From assembly GCA_965197905.1 (NCBI GenBank), contig CBDAOB010000003.1, positions 672,001-736,000 of the forward strand: a DNA stretch of 64,000 nt. The letters are read 5' to 3'. Shown here piece after piece: positions 51,956 through 61,283 of the stretch. Within the stretch, counting starts at the first letter, position 1, and every line of letters starts with the position of its first letter. This DNA is from Candidatus Latescibacterota bacterium (GTDB lineage Bacteria > Latescibacterota > UBA2968 > UBA8231). Below the pieces are notes generated by a model, which made no database searches, was not told the DNA's origin, and saw nothing but the letters and a program-made list of their open reading frames with translations. The position numbers and the translations under genes were made by a program.

Positions 51956-52774
51956 ATGGCAGACAAATGTATGACGGATGAGGAGCTGTATTTCTTCGAT
52001 ACCTTTGGCTATCTCAAGGTCGAGCAGGTGGTGGACAAACCGACGATAGAGAAGGCGTTCGAAGCCTCACAGCGCGTTATCAAGGAGCACCCAGAACTGT
52101 ATCAGGATTCCGGGTACGGCGACAAGTATCGCGGCGCGTTCATGTTCGACAAGACGCTGGAACGGCTACCCCGGAACCCGCGGATTCTGGGGTACGCCTG
52201 TGCCCTGTTAAACAACATGCCCCGCCTGCACGGCGGCCTGATGATGGTGAACGGGGCCAAACACTCCGACCATAAATTCCACTGTCAGAAGGAAATCGAC
52301 CGCTATCGAGTTGAAGATGCCCCCGGTTTCTTCGGCAACTACGGCACCAAATCCATATTCTGCGATCTGTTCTCCTGTTTCCTCTACCTGACCGACGTTC
52401 GTCCTGGGGACGGAGGGTTGGTCATCATCCCTGGGTCCCACAAATCGGAGTTTTACTATCCGAAAGAGAATCCGTATCCCCTGGACATGGAGGGGGCGAT
52501 AACGGTGACCGCCAATGCCGGCGACATGATCATCATGCCCTTGAGGTTGGTACACGCAGCGCACAAATGGCAACCGACCGATCGCGATCGCGTGGTCATG
52601 TTTTACGGCTTTACCCCGCAGGATTATTACCGCGCCGGTTACGAGGAAGACTTGCAGATGGCGAAGGCTGCGGGTATCGAGCTCGATCCGGAAACTGTGG
52701 AGCTGATGAGCATCAAAGAGAAGGGGCTCAAAGGAGACCGGAAACAGGTGGTAATCGATCTAGTAGGTGAGTAG
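51956..52774 (+). CDS. PhyH family Fe(II)/2OG enzyme
   Basis: YFFDTFGYL, YLTDV.PGDGGLVIIPGSHK, AGD..I...LVH and DR. Confidence 0.85.
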   Translation: MADKCMTDEELYFFDTFGYLKVEQVVDKPTIEKAFEASQRVIKEHPELYQDSGYGDKYRGAFMFDKTLERLPRNPRILGYACALLNNMPRLHGGLMMVNGAKHSDHKFHCQKEIDRYRVEDAPGFFGNYGTKSIFCDLFSCFLYLTDVRPGDGGLVIIPGSHKSEFYYPKENPYPLDMEGAITVTANAGDMIIMPLRLVHAAHKWQPTDRDRVVMFYGFTPQDYYRAGYEEDLQMAKAAGIELDPETVELMSIKEKGLKGDRKQVVIDLVGE

Positions 52775-52791
52775 GGGCCTGATCGAGTTAC

Positions 52792-52959
52792 CTAGTGCCC
52801 TGTATCGGAAGTAGGCTTGTGAAATGAGGGCAACGAGTCGCCCGGTCTGCAAGGCACGCGATCGAGGCGTATTGGTGAAATACGCCGAGTGAGCGTAATG
52901 CAGCAGAGCGGGATGAATCGGCGAATTAATACAGGCATATTTTCGATACAGGGCACTAG
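52792..52959. mobile_element. MITE-like palindromic element (168 bp)
   Basis: Perfect 16 bp terminal IRs CTAGTGCCCTGTATCG / CGATACAGGGCACTAG, internal hairpin GGCGTATT-ggtga-AATACGCC, non-coding. Confidence 0.75.
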
Positions 52960-54101
52960 TGCTTCTTGCCGCCGGCTTTCAGCTCCGTGATGAGTACCCA
53001 GGCGCCCAATGTGGCTGGCAGGAAGAGATGGAAGGCGCGGTACAACACAGCGTAGATAGGCAATAGATGCAATGGCATCACGGTGGCCATGATGGCGCCG
53101 ATGGTAACTTCCCCTACGCCGCTGCCGCCAGGAGTCGGGATGAAATATAACGCAAAGCGCAGCAGCGCCAGGAGAGCCAGGGCGGTGAGGTAATCAACTT
53201 CCAGACCCAGGCCTCGCAAGAGGAAGTAGGAAAGGTTCAGCCGGTTCAGATAGTAGAAACTGGTGATCACGAAGCTTGCCACGACGGACGAACGGTGTTC
53301 GCGCCACAACACCAATCCGTGTTCCTGATACTTGTGGATGGAGCCTTCGAGCCCTTCGCCCCAACGGACCAGACGGTCGCGCCAGCGGCCCGGCTTGCGA
53401 CGGGCGATTCGAATCCCCGCCTCGATAGCGCTTTCTACCATGTGGGGCTTCCACAGGCTGAAGAAGAGAGCGCAGAACAATCCAGTGCAAACCAGAAAGC
53501 CGTAGCGCAGCCACGAGATGGGTGGCTGCTCGCTGAGCAGATCGTCCAATGCCGCCAGCGACAGAACGGTCGCCACCAGAAAGAAAGCCAGCGTCGATAA
53601 GAAGATGAGGACACTGCTGGCCACGGCGCCGGAAATAGGAATCCCCCCGCGGTACATGATGTAGATCCAAGCTGGACCTCCGCCACTCTGGCCCGGGGTG
53701 GCAGCGGCGCCGAACTCGTTGGCCAGTTGCCCCCGGATACACAGCAATGGCGATATGCCCGGTTTCAATCGGCGCACCAGCAGAAAGGTGCGCCATGCCC
53801 CCAATCCGACGTCGACCCCTTTGAGAGCCGCCGCCAACAGGATGAACTGCACGTCCAGATGGCGGAGCGCCTCCACGGTTTGCCGCGTTGCCGTGGCGTA
53901 GAACAATACGGCGAGACCTGCCACGGTGAGGATGGCGCAATACCGTAATCCACGATAGATCCTCTCCTTGGGGAGGTGGAAGCCGGAGTCGGGGGTTACA
54001 GATTCGATGTCACTTGATGGCATAAGCGAGCATTTCTTCCGGGGACCGCCAGCGGTTCGAAATGCGCCATCAACATAGAGATAATCTGAGTCACCGGCCA
54101 T
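52956..54101 (-). CDS. Lysylphosphatidylglycerol synthase TM domain / UPF0104 flippase-like membrane protein
   Basis: Multiple TM helices, ATPGQSGGGP, IPTPGGSGVGE and LYR motifs. Start position uncertain. Confidence 0.85.
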   Translation of the reverse strand: MAGDSDYLYVDGAFRTAGGPRKKCSLMPSSDIESVTPDSGFHLPKERIYRGLRYCAILTVAGLAVLFYATATRQTVEALRHLDVQFILLAAALKGVDVGLGAWRTFLLVRRLKPGISPLLCIRGQLANEFGAAATPGQSGGGPAWIYIMYRGGIPISGAVASSVLIFLSTLAFFLVATVLSLAALDDLLSEQPPISWLRYGFLVCTGLFCALFFSLWKPHMVESAIEAGIRIARRKPGRWRDRLVRWGEGLEGSIHKYQEHGLVLWREHRSSVVASFVITSFYYLNRLNLSYFLLRGLGLEVDYLTALALLALLRFALYFIPTPGGSGVGEVTIGAIMATVMPLHLLPIYAVLYRAFHLFLPATLGAWVLITELKAGGKKH

Positions 54102-54252
54102 GGACCGTACTTGAACTCAGCTGGTGGATTGCTGTTGTTTTCGACCGGAGTTGGGGCAAAGATTGCCCGCCAAACCCGAAATCCACGAGAATCATGGTAC
54201 CGTGCCGGCAACTGCCGGCGATCGTAGAATCTGACAAGATCGGAGTCCGTCG

Positions 54253-55776
54253 ATGCGCGTACTGAACACGAGCACCATCGATAACGTCGATGAAGCGGTG
54301 CTCTTTCCCTTTGACGAATGCAGCGTGCCGTTCACCCGCGACCTGCTTCTAAACCTGCAGTCCGGCCGCACCAACAAAGCCGAGATGGACTACGGGCACA
54401 ACATCGATATGGACGATCGTCACCCGGAAGGCCCGGTGGTCACCTACGGCCCTCCCGGGTCTCCCGATTCCACCGAGGTCCTGAGCCCCAACGTGTTCTA
54501 CGTCGATGGCGAGTACCGCATGTACTACCTGGGTGCCGATGACAATCGCAAGCGGCGCACCGGGCTCTACGCCACCTCCAAAGACGGTTTCAACTGGGAG
54601 AAACCTAACCTGGGGTTGAGGGAGATGAATGGGAACACCAACAACAACCTGGTGGAAGAGGCGTGCGGCGAGTGGGTATTCCACGAACCGGAAGACGAAG
54701 AATACCCGTTTAAATCGGTCAGCAGCAACGGCGAGAACACCTCCGTCAGTAAAGATGGCCTGCACTGGACCTCAACCGGCGAGAACCGGCGGGTGTTCGG
54801 CGGGATCCATATGGAGATCGCCTCGATCTACAAGTGGGATGGCTGTTATTACATCAACGGCCAGAACGGTCCCTCGGCCTGGACCCGATCGCTGCCCCAC
54901 CCGATCTCCCTCGCTTCCAAACGTACGGTCATAACCTTTGCTTCCTACGACCTGAAGAACTGGACCCACGCTCCGGCGAACAGCTTTCGCCGCGACCCGA
55001 TACCCCCGGAGGCACCGGAAAATTTCGAATGCCATGCCGGCGAACAGATCCACGAAGGCATGGTGCCGTGGAATCGCGGCAATGTGCTGCTCAGTCTCTA
55101 CGGCCAGTACCACGGCCCCAGCAACGATCGCCGCGACGTGGCGGTGGACCTCGGTTTCGCCATCAGCCACGACGCTCTGCATTTCAAGGAACCGATCCCC
55201 GACTTCCAGATGGTGCACTCCTACGAGATCAGAGGACCCGAGGGCAAAGGGTTCGCGGCACCCCGACTGATGCACAATTCCTGGGCTACCATCGGCGACC
55301 GCACGGTGATCTGGTTCAGCGTCTGGCGCGAGGAGTCCTCCGTCTGGCACGACGGGTTATGGTCTCTGGACAACCCGCGCTCGCTGGCGCAGGTATGGGT
55401 GGCCACCTGGGAACGGGATCGACTCGGTTTCTTCAAACCGTGCGAGCGCGACATCAGCTGGGGGGCCGGCGATTACGAACCGCACTTCGTCACCTGCCCG
55501 GTGGAGCTCGACGGCGAGGGCGAGGTATTCGTCAATGCAGACCGGCTCAACGAACACAGTCAGCTCCGCGTCGAGCTGCTGGATCGGGAGTTTCGCCCGA
55601 TCCCCGGCTATTCGGGAGATGACTGCATTCTGCTGGGGAAACCGGGATTGCGCCTGCCGGTGCGCTGGCGCGACAAAGACAAGCTCGAGAGGTTCGGCCA
55701 CCCCGTCCGTGTTCGCGTCAACTGGGAGGGGTTGCGCCCGGAGGATGCCCGTCTCTTCGCCGTCTACGTCAATTAA
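54253..55776 (+). CDS. Five-bladed beta-propeller glycoside hydrolase-like protein with C-terminal beta-sandwich
   Basis: DGEYRMYY, YATSKDGFNWEKPNLG, SHDALHF, A.W.RDR and NAD...VELLD...IPGYS. Confidence 0.65.
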   Translation: MRVLNTSTIDNVDEAVLFPFDECSVPFTRDLLLNLQSGRTNKAEMDYGHNIDMDDRHPEGPVVTYGPPGSPDSTEVLSPNVFYVDGEYRMYYLGADDNRKRRTGLYATSKDGFNWEKPNLGLREMNGNTNNNLVEEACGEWVFHEPEDEEYPFKSVSSNGENTSVSKDGLHWTSTGENRRVFGGIHMEIASIYKWDGCYYINGQNGPSAWTRSLPHPISLASKRTVITFASYDLKNWTHAPANSFRRDPIPPEAPENFECHAGEQIHEGMVPWNRGNVLLSLYGQYHGPSNDRRDVAVDLGFAISHDALHFKEPIPDFQMVHSYEIRGPEGKGFAAPRLMHNSWATIGDRTVIWFSVWREESSVWHDGLWSLDNPRSLAQVWVATWERDRLGFFKPCERDISWGAGDYEPHFVTCPVELDGEGEVFVNADRLNEHSQLRVELLDREFRPIPGYSGDDCILLGKPGLRLPVRWRDKDKLERFGHPVRVRVNWEGLRPEDARLFAVYVN

Positions 55777-55791
55777 AGGAATTACGCTACG

Positions 55792-57324
55792 ATGAACGTC
55801 CTAAACGGAATCACACCACGGTCCATCGACGAGGCGGTACTCTTTCCGTTCGATGCCAGGAGCATGCCTTTCCAGCGCGACCTTATCCTCAACCTGCAGT
55901 CTGGCCGCACCAACAAGGCGGAGATGGATTACGGCCACAACATCGACATGGACGATCGCCACCCGGAGGGCCCTGTACTCACCTATGGCCCGCCCGGCTC
56001 GCTCGACTCCACCGAGATCATTTGTCCCCAAGTGTTTTTCGTCGACGGGGAGTACCGCATGTGGTACACCGGCGCCGGCGACGACCGCAAACGGCACGAA
56101 GGCCTCTACGCCACCTCCAAGGATGGGTTCAACTGGGAGCGACCAATCCTGGGTTTGACCGAGGTAAACGGCAGCAAGGAGAACAACAAGGTCGCCGGCC
56201 CCTGTGGCGAATGGATGATCTACGACCCCGAGGATCCCGATCCCCAGCGCCGTTTCAAATCCTTGTTCTATTCCGGTGCGGGTGCCATGCGAGCCAGTAC
56301 CTCATTCAGCGCCGACGGATTACACTGGGTACGCGCCACCGAGAACGGCGACATCTTCGGCACCGGTATCGAGGCCGGCAACATCTGCAAATGGGGCGAC
56401 TGTTATTACATCAATGGGCAAGGCGGTCCGTCGCCGATGAACCGTCCCATCCCCCACCCGATCAAGAATGCCAACAAACGGATCGTGGTCACTTACGCCT
56501 CCTACGATTTCATCCACTGGACCCATGCCGCCGCCATGAGTCTGCGGCGGGATCCGATCCCGCCGCGGGCACCGGAGTCGTTCGATGGCCACTCGGGAGA
56601 ACAGATCCACGAAGGTGTCGCCACGTGGAGCCGCGGGAACCTTTTGGTGGGGCTCTACGGCCAGTACCGCAGTGCCAGCAACGACCGCCGCGACGTGGTC
56701 CTCGACCTGGGCTTCGCCATCAGTCACGACGCGTTGCATTTCACCGAGCCAATCCCAGGTTTCAAGATGGTCCATTCCTACGAGATCCGCGGCCCCCACT
56801 ACGACTGCTTCGTTGCTCCGCGCCTGATTCAACGCAATGCCTGGGCGAACATTGGCGACCGCACCGTCTACTGGTACAGCATCTGGCGTGAAGAGGCCTC
56901 CACTTGGAGCGCTGTGAACCCGAGATCGATGACGGGGGTCTGGGTGGCGACCTGGGAGAGGGATCGCTTTGGCTGGATCGCGCCCTGCCCGCCCAACTAC
57001 GGCTCCCAGGCCGGCGAGCACGATCCCCACTGCATCTCCTGCCCCGTCGAGTTGGAAAGTGAAGGCAAGAAACTCTACGTGAATGCGGATCGGTTGGGAG
57101 AGCACGCCGAATTACAGGTGTCGCTTCTCGACAAGCAGTTCCGCCCTGTGCCCGGCTATTCAGGGGACGACTGTATTCCGGTGAGCGAATCGGGCCTCAG
57201 GCAACAGGTGAAATGGCGCGGCAAGGAAACACTGGAGAAGTTCGACCAGCCGATTCGGGTGCAGGTCAAGTGGGGCGGCGTGAGACTCGAAGATCCGCGG
57301 TTGTTTGCGGTCTATGTGAGTTAA
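55792..57324 (+). CDS. Tandem paralog of the preceding beta-propeller protein
   Basis: Long identical stretches (LNLQSGRTNKAEMDYGHNIDMDDRHPEGPV; DLGFAISHDALHF). Confidence 0.65.
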   Translation: MNVLNGITPRSIDEAVLFPFDARSMPFQRDLILNLQSGRTNKAEMDYGHNIDMDDRHPEGPVLTYGPPGSLDSTEIICPQVFFVDGEYRMWYTGAGDDRKRHEGLYATSKDGFNWERPILGLTEVNGSKENNKVAGPCGEWMIYDPEDPDPQRRFKSLFYSGAGAMRASTSFSADGLHWVRATENGDIFGTGIEAGNICKWGDCYYINGQGGPSPMNRPIPHPIKNANKRIVVTYASYDFIHWTHAAAMSLRRDPIPPRAPESFDGHSGEQIHEGVATWSRGNLLVGLYGQYRSASNDRRDVVLDLGFAISHDALHFTEPIPGFKMVHSYEIRGPHYDCFVAPRLIQRNAWANIGDRTVYWYSIWREEASTWSAVNPRSMTGVWVATWERDRFGWIAPCPPNYGSQAGEHDPHCISCPVELESEGKKLYVNADRLGEHAELQVSLLDKQFRPVPGYSGDDCIPVSESGLRQQVKWRGKETLEKFDQPIRVQVKWGGVRLEDPRLFAVYVS

Positions 57325-57343
57325 CAGACCACGTGAGCTGCCC

Positions 57344-57455
57344 TTGAAATACCTGTTTTTCGATGACAGCCATGTCGAACGGATCGAGAACCTGGCGCGC
57401 AAGCTGCACCAGCCCAGACATTTTCCGAACAACGTGGTGCTGCGGCCCGAGCATC
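57344..57455 (+). pseudogene. N-terminal relic of another propeller-family gene, in frame with the CMD gene
   Basis: KYLFFDDSHVERIENLARKLHQPRHFPNNVVLRPE resembles the start of such propeller proteins, then the similarity stops. Confidence 0.5.
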
Positions 57456-57511
57456 ACGAGGCGTCGGTGACGGCGGCGTGCATCGCGGCGCACTTGGGTT
57501 CCGAGTCCATC

Positions 57512-57952
57512 ATGCCGGAGGAGCGGAATGAGTACAGATTACGAAGTGCTCGGTCGAGAGCGAACGGTTATGAACAGTTTTCCAAGATGGTCGGCGAAGA
57601 GAATATCGAGTCCCTGGTGTCGCGTTTTCGGTCTGTGTGTCCAGATTTTGAGAAGGAGGTTGTTGCCGTTGTTGGCGGGAGAATATGGACGCGCGGCGGT
57701 ATCGATCTCAAGACGAGATCACTTTGCAGTATCTGCGTCCTGGCCGCGTTGGGACGTCAGAATGCCCTGCGGCTGAATTTTCAGATGGCGCTGCGCAACG
57801 GAGCGAAAATTCCGGAAATTTTTGAAGCGATTTTTCAAGTCGCGGCCTATGCTGGTTTCCCCGCTGCATGGGACGCGTTGGAACAGCTGGCTGAAGTTCT
57901 GAACGACGAGAAGACCGCACATCCACCACATACGCAGGACGGAGCGAAATAG
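57512..57952 (+). CDS. Carboxymuconolactone decarboxylase (CMD/AhpD-like) family protein
   Basis: GRIWTRGGIDLKTRSL..I..LAALG, ALRNG...EI.E...Q.AAYAGFP. Confidence 0.85.
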   Translation: MPEERNEYRLRSARSRANGYEQFSKMVGEENIESLVSRFRSVCPDFEKEVVAVVGGRIWTRGGIDLKTRSLCSICVLAALGRQNALRLNFQMALRNGAKIPEIFEAIFQVAAYAGFPAAWDALEQLAEVLNDEKTAHPPHTQDGAK

Positions 57953-58015
57953 CAGTCACCTGATTAAAGCAATGGATGAGTTTTCTACTGAATCCTGATT
58001 CTCTGAAAGGCACCC

Positions 58016-59038
58016 ATGGACATCCTCGAACGCTACATCGCCATCGACAACAAATGCGCCTGGCCAAACCTCACTCTCATGCCCGACGGCAGTATCGTTG
58101 CGGCGATCTTCGGCGAGCCCTGTCACCAGCTCTGGGAAGGATCCTCGGAGTGCTGGATCAGCCGCGATGGCGGCCAACTCTGGTCGTATCTCTCCGTGCC
58201 GGCTGACAACGAACCGGGAACGTGCCGAGGAGATCTGGCCGCCGGTCTGACCCACGAAGACACCTACGTCGTCCTGGTTGCTGGCCGCAAATTTGCGCCA
58301 CCCAAGGGTGTCATTCTCGACCACCCCCGGACTCCGGATGAGCAGGGCGACCGGGAGGCCGTAGTTTGTCGCTCAGAAGATGGGTGCAAAACGTGGACCA
58401 GCGCGCCAGGCATCAACTACCCCAAGGGTGTCACGAGCGCCATTCCCTTCGGAGATGTGGTGAAACTTCCAGAGGGACGCCTTGGCGTTTCGTGCTATGC
58501 GATGGAGGAGGGTGTGGACAGCGCCTGGATCTACTTCAGCGAGGATGACGGCCGCACCTGGGGCGATGCTCGTCTCATCAAAGCCGACACCTGCAACGAA
58601 ACCGACCTGCTGCACTTGGGAGATGGCAGGCTGCTGGCGGCGGGTCGGACCCGTCCGGTTGGGGATACGGTGATATTTGCTTCCGAGGACTGTGGCCAAA
58701 CCTGGACCTGTCGCGGTTCAGCTTCGATGCCGCGGCATATGCCGGCGCATCTATGTCAGTTGCAGGATGGCTCGATTCTGCTCAGTTACGGCGTGCGTAA
58801 CAGTGGAATGTTGGGCGTCTGCGCCCGCATCAGCAACGACGAAGGCATCAGCTGGGATCCGCCACGGGTGCTGTTCAGCACCAACGTAAAGATCGCCAAC
58901 GCCTCCCCCCAGGGGACCGACGGCGGGTATCCTGCCAGTGTGCAGCTGGAAGACGGCACCATCGTCACCGCCTATTATTGTCAACGCATTCCCGATCATC
59001 AGCGCTATCATATGGGGGTCGTCCGCTGGAAAGACTGA
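58016..59038 (+). CDS. BNR/Asp-box repeat (sialidase-like) protein
   Basis: Five Asp boxes (SRDGGQLW, SEDGCKTW, SEDDGRTW, SEDCGQTW, SNDEGISW) and DGGYPASVQLEDG. Confidence 0.85.
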   Translation: MDILERYIAIDNKCAWPNLTLMPDGSIVAAIFGEPCHQLWEGSSECWISRDGGQLWSYLSVPADNEPGTCRGDLAAGLTHEDTYVVLVAGRKFAPPKGVILDHPRTPDEQGDREAVVCRSEDGCKTWTSAPGINYPKGVTSAIPFGDVVKLPEGRLGVSCYAMEEGVDSAWIYFSEDDGRTWGDARLIKADTCNETDLLHLGDGRLLAAGRTRPVGDTVIFASEDCGQTWTCRGSASMPRHMPAHLCQLQDGSILLSYGVRNSGMLGVCARISNDEGISWDPPRVLFSTNVKIANASPQGTDGGYPASVQLEDGTIVTAYYCQRIPDHQRYHMGVVRWKD

Positions 59039-59095
59039 GGCGGTCTGCGGCCACAGGTATCATGAGTTCATTGGGGATGCGCGACGTGTACCGCG

Positions 59096-61270
59096 CTAGC
59101 GAAGCAACAGCAGTTTGCGCGTTTCCGCGCCGGCGTCGGTGCGAAGTCGATAGAGGTAGACCCCGCTAGACATTTCTCGACCCAGCTTGTTGCGACCGTC
59201 CCATCGAACGCGGTGGGTACCGGCTCCCCGTGTACCACGCGTCAAGGTTCTGACCTTCTGCCCGGTCACGTCGAATAGCTCGAGCACAACTTCTGCAGGA
59301 TGAGCGAGCGAGAAGCGGATCTCAGTTCGACTGTTGAAAGGATTGGGGAAATTCGGTTCCAGTCGAAGCGATTGCGGAAGAGCGTCGTCGGGCCGCAACA
59401 CCTCCGAAACTACTGTGCGCCGGTAGCCGGCGAAGTGCATGTCATCGAGGTAAAAGGTACCCGCCCAGGTCCCCCCCAAACCGACGCGCTTTATCTGGCT
59501 CAGCTCGCGATCGTGCAGGGGTACCTCTGCCACCTGCCAACCCGAGATGTTGGGGTCGATGAAATCGGATTCGAGCAGATCGATCGTATCACCCCCGATG
59601 TGTAGGGAGAATCGGTCGTCCGGCCCGAGCTCGGCTTGTCCTGGGTGGAAAGCGAATCTCAACATCTCATACCCGTAAGGTGTCACCGGACTCTCCGCAT
59701 CGAAGCTGACAAACCAGGTGCGTCCGCGGCCTGCGGGCATGGCGTTGAAGGCGTTTGCGGCCCCACGATAACCGGGCTCCTTCGTTCCCAGATGGGTGGC
59801 CGCGGTCGTATTGATCTGCCAGCCCGCTCCAGGGCCATCATCCAGCACCGGTAACTCGGTTTCGATCAAGGCCGCGGGCCCCGCCGTGGTGTCGGTGTAG
59901 TAGATGAAGAACACGAACTGCATCTCGTCCGAATTCTGCAGGCCATAGTCGATGGTCCGGTTGGTCCAGTTGTGATAAGTGGTAATCAGCCGGAAACCTT
60001 CGCCCTGCTGGACAGTGAGCGGCGGATCGAACTCCAGTAAGGGTGGATGCTCCCAGTCGTTGGTCCAGTACAGGAGCTGACCGTCGTGCTCGCCGCCCAC
60101 CCGTTCGACGCTGAACTCCAGCATCTTCTCGTGGGCATGGGACCACATTTGAACGATATGTTTTTTCTCGGAGAACTCGAAGGTCTCGGTGAGGGTGGTA
60201 ACCTTTTGCGCCGGCAGGTTGATATTGAAGTTGCTGAAGTGACCCGGCAAGGCTACATGCTCGACCGCTATCGGGTCCATGGTGTAAAGATTGGCGTACA
60301 CCTCGCCGAAGATCTCCTCGTTATCGGTTTTCACATAGTGTGAGTTCAGATCGAACCCGGAGCCGGGCGGAAGTCTCAGAGCGACGCCAGGGGGGAAGCT
60401 GTAATTCACCGAGGGAGTTTGAGTTCCGATGAAATAACGCAGCGGAAAAAGGTTCGCGGCTTCGGATACGTCGGAGCTTCGACGCGCGTCCCTGATATCG
60501 CGATAGACTCCAGGATCAGGCGTCGATTGGTCGCCAGAGTAGTTGTACAGAATGAAATGGTGGCTACCGGGCCGCATGGAGATTTCGTAGCCGGCAATAA
60601 ATTGCGGCCTCGGCGTAGCCATCGGTTCAAAATAAAGAACCTCGCGATCGATATTCGACCACACATCAAACGGTCCGAGGTGGAACTGGAATCCGCTCTT
60701 CGGCGGTTCAAGCACCACGAACGGGGGCGGTTCGAACCTCGTGTTGTCCGCCAGCAACCCGGGATCGGCTACCACGCCAGCTTGTGGCGCTTCCGCCTCG
60801 ATCCACGCCTGGATGAATTCAAGCTGGCCGTTGGTGAGAAACGGCTGTCCTAGCGGCATGAGCGCGCCGTAGTGTGGATGATCGCTATAGAAATGATCCT
60901 GCTGGGGAGCGTTGATCTTCTCCCAGAGGAAACTCTTCTCCATACCCGGAAGTCCCCCCAACCTGCTGACACGCACCAGTCGATCTGTCTGAGCGGCCGC
61001 ATTGCGCGGCTCCACATCTACCAGCTGAGCGAACGCAACGTCATCGGTCAGCACCAACCCCGACTGGCGGGCAAAGGAGGTTCCGGCGCTATGGCAGCTG
61101 GTGCAGTTGGGATCCAGAATGTCGCGCTGAATCTGCGTCCAGGTGGAGATCTCGTCGGAGGAACCATCTGTGTCGGACGATTGCCCGAAGCCGTGAGTCG
61201 GCCCCACTATAGCAGCGGCCACGAGCAGCACTGTAGGCGGGATGGCACGTATGATGGTGGATGCGTCCAT
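59096..61270 (-). CDS. Secreted c-type haem plus copper type II (PHM/DBH-like) monooxygenase-domain protein with FlgD-Ig CTD
   Basis: Signal peptide, CTSCH, SHHF, NSHY, SHAH, DEM and terminal NFPNPFN...RKLLLLR. Confidence 0.72.
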   Translation of the reverse strand: MDASTIIRAIPPTVLLVAAAIVGPTHGFGQSSDTDGSSDEISTWTQIQRDILDPNCTSCHSAGTSFARQSGLVLTDDVAFAQLVDVEPRNAAAQTDRLVRVSRLGGLPGMEKSFLWEKINAPQQDHFYSDHPHYGALMPLGQPFLTNGQLEFIQAWIEAEAPQAGVVADPGLLADNTRFEPPPFVVLEPPKSGFQFHLGPFDVWSNIDREVLYFEPMATPRPQFIAGYEISMRPGSHHFILYNYSGDQSTPDPGVYRDIRDARRSSDVSEAANLFPLRYFIGTQTPSVNYSFPPGVALRLPPGSGFDLNSHYVKTDNEEIFGEVYANLYTMDPIAVEHVALPGHFSNFNINLPAQKVTTLTETFEFSEKKHIVQMWSHAHEKMLEFSVERVGGEHDGQLLYWTNDWEHPPLLEFDPPLTVQQGEGFRLITTYHNWTNRTIDYGLQNSDEMQFVFFIYYTDTTAGPAALIETELPVLDDGPGAGWQINTTAATHLGTKEPGYRGAANAFNAMPAGRGRTWFVSFDAESPVTPYGYEMLRFAFHPGQAELGPDDRFSLHIGGDTIDLLESDFIDPNISGWQVAEVPLHDRELSQIKRVGLGGTWAGTFYLDDMHFAGYRRTVVSEVLRPDDALPQSLRLEPNFPNPFNSRTEIRFSLAHPAEVVLELFDVTGQKVRTLTRGTRGAGTHRVRWDGRNKLGREMSSGVYLYRLRTDAGAETRKLLLLR

Positions 61271-61283
61271 TGGTAGAATCTTT

